The notes under the pieces: generated by a model | The model's input: only the letters and a program-made list of their open reading frames with translations | Databases searched by the model: none | Told to the model about the DNA's origin: nothing | Shown: positions 1-8,765 of the stretch, in pieces | Layout of the letters: each line of letters begins with the position of its first letter | Position numbering within the stretch: position 1 is the stretch's first letter | Virus record (IMG/VR): IMGVR_UViG_3300027793_002658 | From: an uncultured virus (IMG/VR IMGVR_UViG_3300027793_002658) | Lineage: Duplodnaviria; Heunggongvirae; Uroviricota; Caudoviricetes | Reading direction: 5' to 3' (one strand) | Length of the DNA: 64,000 bases | Position numbers and translations under genes: made by a program

Positions 1-2633
1 ATACTAACCCTAATGCAGTTGCGGCAGCAACAAATGCCGGTATTTCATTTGTTGCGTATTCAAACACCAGTGTACAACCATTTACTTCATCACATGAAGC
101 GCAAATATTATTAGGTGCTACAAGTGCCGGTGGCGATTTAAAAATTATTGCACCAATAGGAATGTCTTTTAATGTTAGTGCGTCTAACGTTGTAATGACA
201 GGTAGTAGTTATGCTAACTATGGCAACACTGCTATGACAATTGCGGCTACTGGTAATGTTGGTATAAGTTCAACTGCACCAGTAAACAAACTTGATGTCG
301 GTGGAAACATTAGTGCTAGTGTAATTACTGCTTCTTTATTTAGTGGAAGTGTCAGTGGAAGTGTATTCGGCACATCAAGTTGGGCAACCAATGCTACAAC
401 GGCAAATTCGTTGACTACTGGTAATAGTTATCAAATTACTAATCTAACTGCAAGTGGAAATATTAGTGCAAGTGGGTTTATCGGACAGTTAACAGGAAGT
501 GTTCTTGGCACATCAAGTTGGGCGTCAACTGCAAATGCGCTAAATTCAGTCAATACATATACTGTTTCTGGATTAAATATTAACACCGGTAATTTAACGA
601 TGGGTAGTGCCACGGAAATTTTATTATCCGATGGCGATCAAACCACACCCGGATTAGCATTTAATGCAGACGCCAATACTGGTATTTATAGAGTAGCTAA
701 TGATACAATTGGATTTACAACAAACGGTACATTAAAATTGGATATTAATTCTAATGATATTAGTTCTAGTATACCTATCTCTGCAAGTGTATTCGTAGGA
801 CCACATACTGGAAGTACATTTGGTACATCAAGCTGGGCAACTAATACTGTTACAGCAAGTTATTTGATACCAACCAACAATTATCAAATTGCTACGTTGA
901 CGGCAAGTAATATTAGTGCTAGTAGTATAACCGGTAGTTTTAATGGAACTATCAGTAACGCAAGCACTGCTAGTTATTTGACAATCGCAAACAGTTATCA
1001 AATTAATAATTTGACTGCAAGTGCAATAAGCGCAAGTAATTTTATGTCTGCTAGTAATGTTTGGTTTGGTAACAGCATGGTATTTGTTGAAGTGATGCCA
1101 ACTGGATCAATAACATCCCCAGACATATATTTTAGTAGTAGTGCTATTACCGCATCCGATGTAATGTTTAGAATTGAGGCAGGCGCAAGAACAGGTAGTA
1201 TGGTTGCACTGCATATTATTTCTACCGGCTCATTGGGGTCGATTGCAATCAGTGCTAGTAGAGGAGATATTGTTGGAACAAACTTTACTGGTAGTATTTT
1301 TAGTGGAAGTTTTTCTGGAAATGCAACTACTGCAACTACTGCAACTACTGCGAATGCGTTAAACACCGCTAATAGCTATAGAATTACGAATCTTACTGCA
1401 AGCAATATAAGTGCAAGTGGAACTATTAGTGGAAGTGATGGTTCGTATAACAGATTATTTTCTACTTCTATTACTGCAAGTGCAATGAGTGCTAGTAGTT
1501 TCATGTCTGCTAGTAATGTTTGGTTTGGTAACAGCATGACATATGTTGAAGTGATGCCAACGGGTTCATTAACAGCACCAGACGTATATTTTAGCAGTAG
1601 TGCTATTACTTCATCAGATGTAATGTTTAGAATCGAAGCCGGTGCAAGAACCGGCAGTATGGTTGCATTACATATTATTTCTACTGGTTCATTGGAATCA
1701 ATTGCTATTAGTGCTAGTAGTGGCAATATTGTTGGAACAAACTTTACTGGTAGTATTTTTAGTGGAACTAGTTTTTCTGGAAGTTTGTTTGGTACAAGCA
1801 GTTGGGCAGCAACTGCAAGCGCATTAAACACATTCAATAGTTATCAAGTTACCAATTTTACGGCAAGCAATATCACGGCAAGTACTATGCGCTTTTCAGT
1901 ATTAAGTGGTTCAAACGGTGGTATAGTAATTAATTCTAGTGATCCATCCGCAGCTATTAATCCAAGAATTTTTTATAATTATGGTAATGGCGGTGGCGGA
2001 GATTTTACTTCTGTTTCTGCAAGTACTGAACATCAATCATTTGGATTTAATAGTGCGGGTACTTTTGGTGGCACTGTAAATCAACAAAGCGGTAGAACAA
2101 TATACTTTTTTGATCGTATAAGCAGTACATTTTATGGTGGTATATCTGGTAATGATAGAGGATTTTACTGGGGAACGAGTAATACTGCGTTTTCACTAAA
2201 AGTATTGCCACCCGGAGCATCTACTGTTCCTGTTACTATTAAAGGCGCAGCGGGACAAACTACAAGAATTTTATCAGTCACCGATTCGGCTGATTCAATA
2301 TTAATGACTGTAAGTTCTAGTGGTCGGGTTGGTATTGGAACGAGTGATCCGGCAGCAACATTTGATTCTAACGGCGATGGTATATTAAGAGGCAATGTTG
2401 GTATTGGAGGTGTGGCCGGCACAGATGGCACTGCCACTGTTCGTTTAAACATTATCGGTACTGGTAATACACAAACAGCATTACGATTTGATAACGTAAA
2501 TGGTATCGGTACGACAACATCTGCTGGTAGAGCACTTGCTGGATTTATTCGTTGCTATGTAAATAGCAACGTAAGTGATGGAGGCGCAAACGCATTCGCA
2601 GCTAACGTATATTATATTCCAGTCTATTCATAA
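1..2633 (+). CDS. Ser/Thr/Gly-rich tail fibre / virion structural protein, 5' partial
   Basis: The frame is open from position 3 to the ATG at 162, so the true start lies upstream of the window. It has low-complexity SAS/TAS/TGS repeats, GNVGI/GRVGIGTSDP fibre-type motifs and an internal duplication. Confidence 0.7.
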   Translation, partial: TNPNAVAAATNAGISFVAYSNTSVQPFTSSHEAQILLGATSAGGDLKIIAPIGMSFNVSASNVVMTGSSYANYGNTAMTIAATGNVGISSTAPVNKLDVGGNISASVITASLFSGSVSGSVFGTSSWATNATTANSLTTGNSYQITNLTASGNISASGFIGQLTGSVLGTSSWASTANALNSVNTYTVSGLNINTGNLTMGSATEILLSDGDQTTPGLAFNADANTGIYRVANDTIGFTTNGTLKLDINSNDISSSIPISASVFVGPHTGSTFGTSSWATNTVTASYLIPTNNYQIATLTASNISASSITGSFNGTISNASTASYLTIANSYQINNLTASAISASNFMSASNVWFGNSMVFVEVMPTGSITSPDIYFSSSAITASDVMFRIEAGARTGSMVALHIISTGSLGSIAISASRGDIVGTNFTGSIFSGSFSGNATTATTATTANALNTANSYRITNLTASNISASGTISGSDGSYNRLFSTSITASAMSASSFMSASNVWFGNSMTYVEVMPTGSLTAPDVYFSSSAITSSDVMFRIEAGARTGSMVALHIISTGSLESIAISASSGNIVGTNFTGSIFSGTSFSGSLFGTSSWAATASALNTFNSYQVTNFTASNITASTMRFSVLSGSNGGIVINSSDPSAAINPRIFYNYGNGGGGDFTSVSASTEHQSFGFNSAGTFGGTVNQQSGRTIYFFDRISSTFYGGISGNDRGFYWGTSNTAFSLKVLPPGASTVPVTIKGAAGQTTRILSVTDSADSILMTVSSSGRVGIGTSDPAATFDSNGDGILRGNVGIGGVAGTDGTATVRLNIIGTGNTQTALRFDNVNGIGTTTSAGRALAGFIRCYVNSNVSDGGANAFAANVYYIPVYS
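1014..1767 (+). repeat. Two-copy intragenic direct repeat (~295 bp; ~1014-1308 and ~1473-1767)
   Basis: The peptide SASNVWFGNSM..EVMPTGS..DVMFRIEAGARTGSMVALHIISTGSL..IVGTNFTGSIFSG occurs twice; nucleotide differences are mostly at third codon positions. Confidence 0.9.
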
Positions 2634-2638
2634 ACTAT

Positions 2639-2899
2639 ATGACTACAAAAATTATTATTTCTCGATTTGAATTAATCGACAATCCACCAACCGGAAAAGT
2701 AGTTGGTTTTACTATAAAAAATTTAGATAATGAATTTTCAGATTATACTGAAACCATAATGTCTATAGCTGAATGCGTAGATAAAACCGATAACGAAATA
2801 TGTCAACTTGCATATTTAAAAATAAAATTACAAATTGAAAATATTATTAATAAATTGAATACACGATCTACTATTTTAGGTAGTGAATTTGTGCCTTAA
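2639..2899 (+). CDS. Hypothetical protein (possible fibre-associated chaperone)
   Basis: 86 aa ORF directly after the fibre gene; function inferred from position only. Confidence 0.55.
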   Translation: MTTKIIISRFELIDNPPTGKVVGFTIKNLDNEFSDYTETIMSIAECVDKTDNEICQLAYLKIKLQIENIINKLNTRSTILGSEFVP

Positions 2900-2906
2900 A
2901 ATATAA

Positions 2907-3929
2907 ATGAAACACGTTACAATTTCCAGTGTATATAATTTTGAATCTGGCTATAATGTATTATTAAAAGGGTTATTAGATAATTTACCAAAAAATAATT
3001 ATTCAATAAGACCTCGTTCTTATAGCAAAGTTACTTCTGATTTTCAACGATATTTTGAAAATGTTGTTTATCGAAAAGAAGATTGTAATTTATTATTGTT
3101 GCCGCCGTGCAATCAAATAGATAGCGTTCATCCATTATTTAATATAGTACCGGCAAAAAACACTATTTTTTTTACAATGTGGGAGAGTAGTAGATTTACT
3201 GATATTTTTATAGATAAATCAAATACTATGCAGGCAATGATTGTTCCGAATAAATGGAACAAGCAATCATTAGAATTACAGGGATGTAACGTACCGATTC
3301 ATATAGTTCCGTTGTTTATAGATGATAAAGTATTTAATTATCAAGAGCCGATTGTTCAAAATAAATTTATTTTTGGAACAGCAAATGACGATCCGCGCAA
3401 ACGAGTAAATGAAACAATTAAATGTTTTATTAAAGCATTTCCAAAAGAAAAGGATGTTGTTTTGAAAGTTAAACTTTCAAAAAATTCTATTATAAATAAG
3501 TTTACAGACGATAGAATAAAAATTATAACAGACAGTTACAGTCAACGTCAATTGGTTGATTTTTATGCGTCTTTAAATGTGTTTGTTAGTGGAGTTAGTT
3601 CAGAAGGATGGGGTTTACATCAACATGAGAGTATGGCATGTGGTAGACCTGTAATTGCTGCTTGTTATGCCGGGCTGGCAGAATTTATGACAGAAGAAAA
3701 TAGTTTTTGTTTAAAATATAACGAAGTGCCAAGTACAGATTATTGGGAAACCCCCGGCGGCAAATGGTCAAAATATGATGAAGATCACATGATCGAAACT
3801 ATGCGATATTGTTATAATAATTCATCGTCTGTTTTCCAAAAAGGAATTATTGCTAGTGAAAATGTTTCGCGTTTCAATGTGGCAAATTTTATAAGTGATA
3901 TTTCTTCAGTAATTAATATTTATACTTAA
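2907..3929 (+). CDS. Glycosyltransferase, GT4 / GT-B fold
   Basis: MWES, PRKRV and SEGWGLHQHESMACGRPVI motifs. Confidence 0.85.
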   Translation: MKHVTISSVYNFESGYNVLLKGLLDNLPKNNYSIRPRSYSKVTSDFQRYFENVVYRKEDCNLLLLPPCNQIDSVHPLFNIVPAKNTIFFTMWESSRFTDIFIDKSNTMQAMIVPNKWNKQSLELQGCNVPIHIVPLFIDDKVFNYQEPIVQNKFIFGTANDDPRKRVNETIKCFIKAFPKEKDVVLKVKLSKNSIINKFTDDRIKIITDSYSQRQLVDFYASLNVFVSGVSSEGWGLHQHESMACGRPVIAACYAGLAEFMTEENSFCLKYNEVPSTDYWETPGGKWSKYDEDHMIETMRYCYNNSSSVFQKGIIASENVSRFNVANFISDISSVINIYT

Positions 3930-3973
3930 TAATATATTATTGAGCGTTATTTAACAAGTAGATTGAATTTGAA

Positions 3974-4630
3974 TCAATTAATTAATACTCTTGTTTTTTC
4001 GTGCCCTACAACAACAGTCGGATCGACATATAAACTATATCCATTTCTAATTATCGATCTGCAAAATGCAACATCTTCCATTGTAAAATCTTTTAAATTA
4101 TTTCCGATGTTAACAAATTCAGGCCGAAACCAAGGATATTCAATAGATTCGGTTACTCCTTTTTTTATCAACATGAACCCCATTCCAGTATAATGAACTT
4201 GAATCAAGTCTTTTTTATTTTCTATATCATGTGGTTGTAGAAATTTAAAATATCCATGTTGTAAAAAATATGACTCATCCCAATTTTTGACCGTGGCATA
4301 GTTTAATCCATCTTCCATTAAATAAAGACCACTAACTACATCCTGTTTTCTATTCAACAAAGTTTTGAATTGCTCTACTGTAAATATTATATCACTATCG
4401 ATCCACATTATATAATCATAATCTAATTGCCCGTTATATGGTTTTTGTAAAGTTCCATTTAGAATATTTCCACCTAAACACATGTTTCTGACATAATAAA
4501 TGTTACAACTATAATATTGTTGTAAACTAACACTAATTCCATTATTTATACACCACGCTAATAATTCCGACCAGCATCTTAAAAAGCGTCCACTAAAACT
4601 TTTTCCCGGCAAACAAAAAACAATTTTCAT
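3974..4630 (-). CDS. Glycosyltransferase-like protein, GT-A fold
   Basis: MKIVFCLPG start at 4630; YVRNMCL, IMWIDSDIIF (DxD), GMGFMLI, EDVAFC and VGHEK motifs. Confidence 0.75.
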   Translation of the reverse strand: MKIVFCLPGKSFSGRFLRCWSELLAWCINNGISVSLQQYYSCNIYYVRNMCLGGNILNGTLQKPYNGQLDYDYIMWIDSDIIFTVEQFKTLLNRKQDVVSGLYLMEDGLNYATVKNWDESYFLQHGYFKFLQPHDIENKKDLIQVHYTGMGFMLIKKGVTESIEYPWFRPEFVNIGNNLKDFTMEDVAFCRSIIRNGYSLYVDPTVVVGHEKTRVLIN

Positions 4631-4719
4631 AAATAAAATAAAACAAATTCTGTATATACATATATGTATGTATATCAAACGAATTATTTTATTCGTTACA
4701 ACAATAACTAGTTAAACAT

Positions 4720-4995
4720 ATGGCAGAACCAATCAAGTTACAAGAATCAGAGATGTTATCATTACAAACTATTCAATCACGATACCAAGAAAAGGTATTC
4801 CAATTTGGCCAATTTTATTTGGAACGAATTGCATTGGATGAAAAAATCAAAAATCTAGCCGACGCTGAAAATAAAGCGAAGGAAGAATTTTCTGTAATTC
4901 AGCAAGATGAACAAAAGTGGATGAATGATATTGCATCTAAATACGGAGACGGAAATCTTTCTTTGAAAGATGGTACATTCACTCCAAAATCATAA
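4720..4995 (+). CDS. Hypothetical coiled-coil protein
   Basis: 91 aa ORF ending KYGDGNLSLKDGTFTP; followed by a terminator. Confidence 0.7.
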   Translation: MAEPIKLQESEMLSLQTIQSRYQEKVFQFGQFYLERIALDEKIKNLADAENKAKEEFSVIQQDEQKWMNDIASKYGDGNLSLKDGTFTPKS

Positions 4996-5026
4996 ACAAT
5001 CTGTAGTAATAAATTTGTTATATTTC

Positions 5027-5062
5027 AAAACCACATAATATATTATGTGGTTTTTTGTTTTT
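5027..5062 (+). terminator. Intrinsic terminator
   Basis: Palindrome AAAACCACATAATA/TATTATGTGGTTTT followed by a T-tract. Confidence 0.75.
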
Positions 5063-5091
5063 ACAATTTACAATATAATATTTATTAATAT

Positions 5092-5283
5092 ATGAATATT
5101 TATGAAACTTATGATGATAATAATCTAAATCATGTAGAAAATGGTCCCGATTATGGTCAAACTTATATGGGTTCAAAAATGACTATATTAGCATGGAATA
5201 TTGAAAATTCATTTGAATTTGAATATTATGATAATTTCAGTTCCAATCAAATTGTTATAGAACCACTTATTTCAATTGATTAA
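5092..5283 (+). CDS. Hypothetical acidic protein
   Basis: 63 aa ORF preceded by a TATTTAT motif at 5079-5085. Confidence 0.5.
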   Translation: MNIYETYDDNNLNHVENGPDYGQTYMGSKMTILAWNIENSFEFEYYDNFSSNQIVIEPLISID

Positions 5284-5369
5284 AATTAATATGTACGTTA
5301 TAGTGATGTACATATACTTATTATAGTGGGTGTGTCAAGTTTATTCACGCACAATTCGTTTTTTTATTT

Positions 5370-5954
5370 ATGATCTATCTACAGGATATTTTAAAAGAAG
5401 TTACAGATGCTAATTTATTGGAACAAGACTTGAGTCGTATTATATATGTTGATTTGGACGGTGTTCTGGTTGATTTTGATGGGGGCTTCAAATCCATATC
5501 AGGTGGAGTTGATAAATTTGATTATATTAAACAAAACGGTGTGGATAAGTTATGGAAATTAATAAACTCACATGGACAAGAATGGTGGGAAACTTTAAAT
5601 TGGATGCCCGATGGAACAAAATTATGGTCGGCAATTTCAAATAAAAATGTCAAGATACTTACTAGTGGAAGCACTCGCAACACAGGAACAATGGCTATCA
5701 ATGGGAAAAAGAAATGGGTTGCGGCTCACTTGGGTCAGATTGAAACAATCGTAGTAAATAACAGTCATGAGAAACAAAACTATGCACGTCCCGGTGACAT
5801 TTTAATAGACGATTTATACAGCAATATCAGTGAATGGATTGCAAAAAAAGGAATTGGTATTTTGCATCGTAATGCAGAAGAATCAATCAATAAATTAAAT
5901 GACGTTATAAATACTCAAACTGAAACTTATGGTTATAGTTGGTCAAACGTATGA
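5370..5954 (+). CDS. HAD-family 5'(3')-deoxyribonucleotidase-like protein
   Basis: VDLDGVLVDF, ILTS, KKKWV and ILIDD HAD motifs. Confidence 0.8.
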   Translation: MIYLQDILKEVTDANLLEQDLSRIIYVDLDGVLVDFDGGFKSISGGVDKFDYIKQNGVDKLWKLINSHGQEWWETLNWMPDGTKLWSAISNKNVKILTSGSTRNTGTMAINGKKKWVAAHLGQIETIVVNNSHEKQNYARPGDILIDDLYSNISEWIAKKGIGILHRNAEESINKLNDVINTQTETYGYSWSNV

Positions 5955-6655
5955 AAATAAGAATTTATAACAACACTCTGAATCCTGATCTTTGGCAAGA
6001 CATCAATACATTAAAGCCCGAAGTCAGAGAATCTTTATTAAAAATAGCACAAGATTTTTATACTGACACCGAATTGACTGCACCAATTAAAGATATTTAC
6101 ATGCTAGGTAGCAGTGCCAATTATAATTGGAGTCCAACAAGCGACATTGATTTGCATGTGGTTGTTGATTTTAAAAAAATCAACAGTGATGTTGATTTAA
6201 CTAAGCAATTAGTAGACGCTCTAAAAGCAAATTGGAACAAAAGTCACAACGTAACTATCAAGAACCGTAGAGTTGAGGTGTATATTCAAGATGTTAATGA
6301 GAGAAATCGTTCTACAGGCGTGTATAGTGTATTGAACAACAAATGGGTGTTGATGCCACAGAAAATTAGAGTGGTATTAGATAACAAATTGATTCAACAG
6401 AAATATACAAACATGGTATTGCAAATTAAATCGGCAATAAAAGAGCAAAATTTAGATAAACTCAAGAATGTACTCAAATTATTATACAATATGAGAGAAG
6501 CTGGATTGAGTAAAACTGGAGAGTACAGTGCGGAAAATATCGTATTTAAAACATTGAGAAGCAGAGGATTTGTAGATCAATTAAAAAATACAATAAATAA
6601 ACTATATGATTCTCAAGTTTCAGTCAAACAAGAAGATATAAAAAATAATAAATAA
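5951..6655 (+). CDS. Nucleotidyltransferase (Pol beta superfamily)
   Basis: LGSSANYNWSPTSDIDLH (GS..DxD) and VEVYIQD; ATG at 5951 overlaps the upstream stop. Confidence 0.75.
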   Translation: MKIRIYNNTLNPDLWQDINTLKPEVRESLLKIAQDFYTDTELTAPIKDIYMLGSSANYNWSPTSDIDLHVVVDFKKINSDVDLTKQLVDALKANWNKSHNVTIKNRRVEVYIQDVNERNRSTGVYSVLNNKWVLMPQKIRVVLDNKLIQQKYTNMVLQIKSAIKEQNLDKLKNVLKLLYNMREAGLSKTGEYSAENIVFKTLRSRGFVDQLKNTINKLYDSQVSVKQEDIKNNK

Positions 6656-6722
6656 TTTGTAAAAAAGCATTTTTTTAAATATTTATACATATAGAACAAT
6701 AGAATAATAAGGACAACATACT

Positions 6723-7214
6723 ATGGCAGATCTACTTAATTCAAACGAAATCTTTTTCACAAGTTTTGAACCAAAAGTCAAAAATCGCTTTATCCTTTAT
6801 ATGGATGGCATCCCGAGCTTTTTGATTTACAAATTTAAACGTCCAACAGTAAAGAGCGAAAAGAAAGTATTGGACCACATCAACATTCAACGTTATTACA
6901 AGGGTAAAACCACTTGGGAAGAACTTACTATGGAATTGTATGATCCAATTGTACCAAGCGGTGCCCAAGCCGTAATGGAATGGGTACGTTTATCACACGA
7001 ATCTGTAACAGGCCGCGATGGTTATGCAGATTTTTATAAAAAAGATTTAACAGTTAACGTATTGGGACCAGTTGGTGATAAGGTCGAAGAATGGAAGTTA
7101 GTTGGTGCATTCATTACCAGTGCTGATTTTGGTGAATTGGACTGGAAAGATACCGGTGAACATTTGAGCGTCAATCTTACGCTCTCGGTTGACTATTGTG
7201 TTCTTCAATATTAA
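6723..7214 (+). CDS. Tail tube protein (T4 gp19-like)
   Basis: FEPKVKNRF, YYKGKTTW, AVMEWVR, YKKDL, VEEWKLVGAF and LDW pattern typical of gp19; lies upstream of the chaperone and tape measure genes. Confidence 0.85.
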   Translation: MADLLNSNEIFFTSFEPKVKNRFILYMDGIPSFLIYKFKRPTVKSEKKVLDHINIQRYYKGKTTWEELTMELYDPIVPSGAQAVMEWVRLSHESVTGRDGYADFYKKDLTVNVLGPVGDKVEEWKLVGAFITSADFGELDWKDTGEHLSVNLTLSVDYCVLQY

Positions 7215-7240
7215 TTTACTGCTGTTCTTTGTTCTATTGT

Positions 7241-7277
7241 AAATCCTCTTGACAAAATCAAGAGGATTTTTTGTTTT
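7241..7277 (+). terminator. Intrinsic terminator
   Basis: AAATCCTCTTGA-caaaa-TCAAGAGGATTT followed by a T-tract. Confidence 0.8.
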
Positions 7278-7294
7278 GTACTATTTATTACTAT

Positions 7295-7627
7295 ATGAAA
7301 ATAACTCGCAATTATTTAAAATCTATAATTCAAGAATGTTTGAATGAAATTTTGTTGGAACAGGATGTAACCAAAGATCCAAAAGTTGCTGCTGCCAACG
7401 CTATTGTTGCCGCTGCCAAAGTAAAAGTGGCAGATGAAAAAAATAAATATTATAATGATCAAATTAAAAAAGCAAGCGAAGAAGAGCGTAATGCAGAACC
7501 GGATAAAAAAAATGATGTTCGTAATAAAATTAAAGATTTGAAGGATAAACAAAATGCAGCTAAATCTGAAAAACGAACTGCTAATTTAGAAAAATCACAA
7601 GCATTTGCCGCAAAAAGTGGAAAATAA
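7295..7627 (+). CDS. Hypothetical Lys/Ala-rich protein, possible internal head protein
   Basis: ATG at 7295 after TATTTAT; N-terminus MKITRNYLKSIIQECLNEILLE. Confidence 0.7.
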   Translation: MKITRNYLKSIIQECLNEILLEQDVTKDPKVAAANAIVAAAKVKVADEKNKYYNDQIKKASEEERNAEPDKKNDVRNKIKDLKDKQNAAKSEKRTANLEKSQAFAAKSGK

Positions 7628-7674
7628 AATATCTAAAAATTTAAAGTATAGCATATGTATTGTTATAAAATGTT

Positions 7675-8511
7675 ATGAGTGACGAAATTATTCCAATTAC
7701 AAGACCATCTAGCGCAGGACCAACACCACAAGCACCTGTGGCTAAAACTGAAACCAAATATCCTACTGAAATTGTAGAATTGCCGAGCAAAGGTTATTTT
7801 TATGCACCTGATGATCCACTTAGTAAGGGATCTGTTGAATTGAAAATGATGACGGCAAAAGAAGAAGATATTCTTACCAATGAATCTTTTATCAAAAAAG
7901 GAATTGTATTGGATAGACTATTAGAATCTCTGATTGTAGACAAAAACATCAAAATAGATAATTTACTTACAGGTGATAAAAATGCATTGTTTATTGCCGC
8001 TCGTCGTTTGGCATATGGCGATAGTTATGGTCCAGTAGAAGTAACATGTAATTCTTGCAGAGAAAAGTGTGATGTTACAATTGATTTGAATGAAATCAAA
8101 ACCAAGGAATATGATTTTAGCACCAAACAAAAAGGATTAAATTTCTTTGAGTTTGTTCTTCCTTATGCAAAGCGTGTATTGAAAGTAAAAATTCTCAGCA
8201 ACAAAGATGATGTTGAAATTGAAAATGAATTAAAAGGTCTTGCTAAAATTGGTAAAAGCAGTAGTGAAGTAACTACTCGTTTAAAGCATGTTATTGTATC
8301 AGTTGATGGTAATAATGACAAATCATACATTCGTCAATTTGTTGACAATGAGTTGTTATCAAGAGATAGCATAGAACTTCGTAAATTCATTCGATCTATG
8401 TCACCTGATATCGATTTGAATTTCAACTTTACTTGTGAACATTGTCAGGCTGAAGAAAGAGTAGGTGTACCAATGACGGTACAATTTTTTTGGCCTGAAT
8501 CTGGATTATAA
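7675..8511 (+). CDS. Baseplate hub assembly / tail assembly chaperone (T4 gp26-like)
   Basis: VELPSKG, MTAKEEDIL, two CxxC pairs and C-terminal FFWP; lies between tube and tape measure genes. Confidence 0.8.
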   Translation: MSDEIIPITRPSSAGPTPQAPVAKTETKYPTEIVELPSKGYFYAPDDPLSKGSVELKMMTAKEEDILTNESFIKKGIVLDRLLESLIVDKNIKIDNLLTGDKNALFIAARRLAYGDSYGPVEVTCNSCREKCDVTIDLNEIKTKEYDFSTKQKGLNFFEFVLPYAKRVLKVKILSNKDDVEIENELKGLAKIGKSSSEVTTRLKHVIVSVDGNNDKSYIRQFVDNELLSRDSIELRKFIRSMSPDIDLNFNFTCEHCQAEERVGVPMTVQFFWPESGL

Positions 8512-8713
8512 GCTTCATATTCACAAACAATTGTTTGAGTTGGCATATTATGGTCATCTTTGTGATTTGACCACAGGATATCATTTACCTGTATATCTTC
8601 GCAATTATTATTATAAATTGCTTGTTGATGCCAAAACAAAAGAAGCAGAGTCTTACGAAAACAAGGGAGAGACACCAAAACAGATCTCCAAACCAAATAT
8701 TAATAGTCGTTAA
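8486..8713 (+). CDS. gp51-like C-terminal module, probably expressed by frameshift from the upstream gene
   Basis: The +1 frame opens just before the T7 run at 8485-8491 and contains no ATG; it encodes YHLPVYLRNYYYKLL. Confidence 0.6.
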   Translation, partial: FFGLNLDYKLHIHKQLFELAYYGHLCDLTTGYHLPVYLRNYYYKLLVDAKTKEAESYENKGETPKQISKPNINSR

Positions 8714-8765
8714 TTTTGTAAAAATAAAGTTAATGCCATATTTATATCTATACAATCACTAATTT

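Noticed and set aside
1323..1352. 9 bp tandem repeat (GCAACTACT x3)
   Set aside because: A short in-frame ATT peptide repeat in a low-complexity fibre linker, with no sign of phase variation.
1014..1767. Repeat pair as a DGR template/variable repeat
   Set aside because: Both copies are in frame in one gene, differences are mostly synonymous and not adenine-specific, and no reverse transcriptase is in the window.
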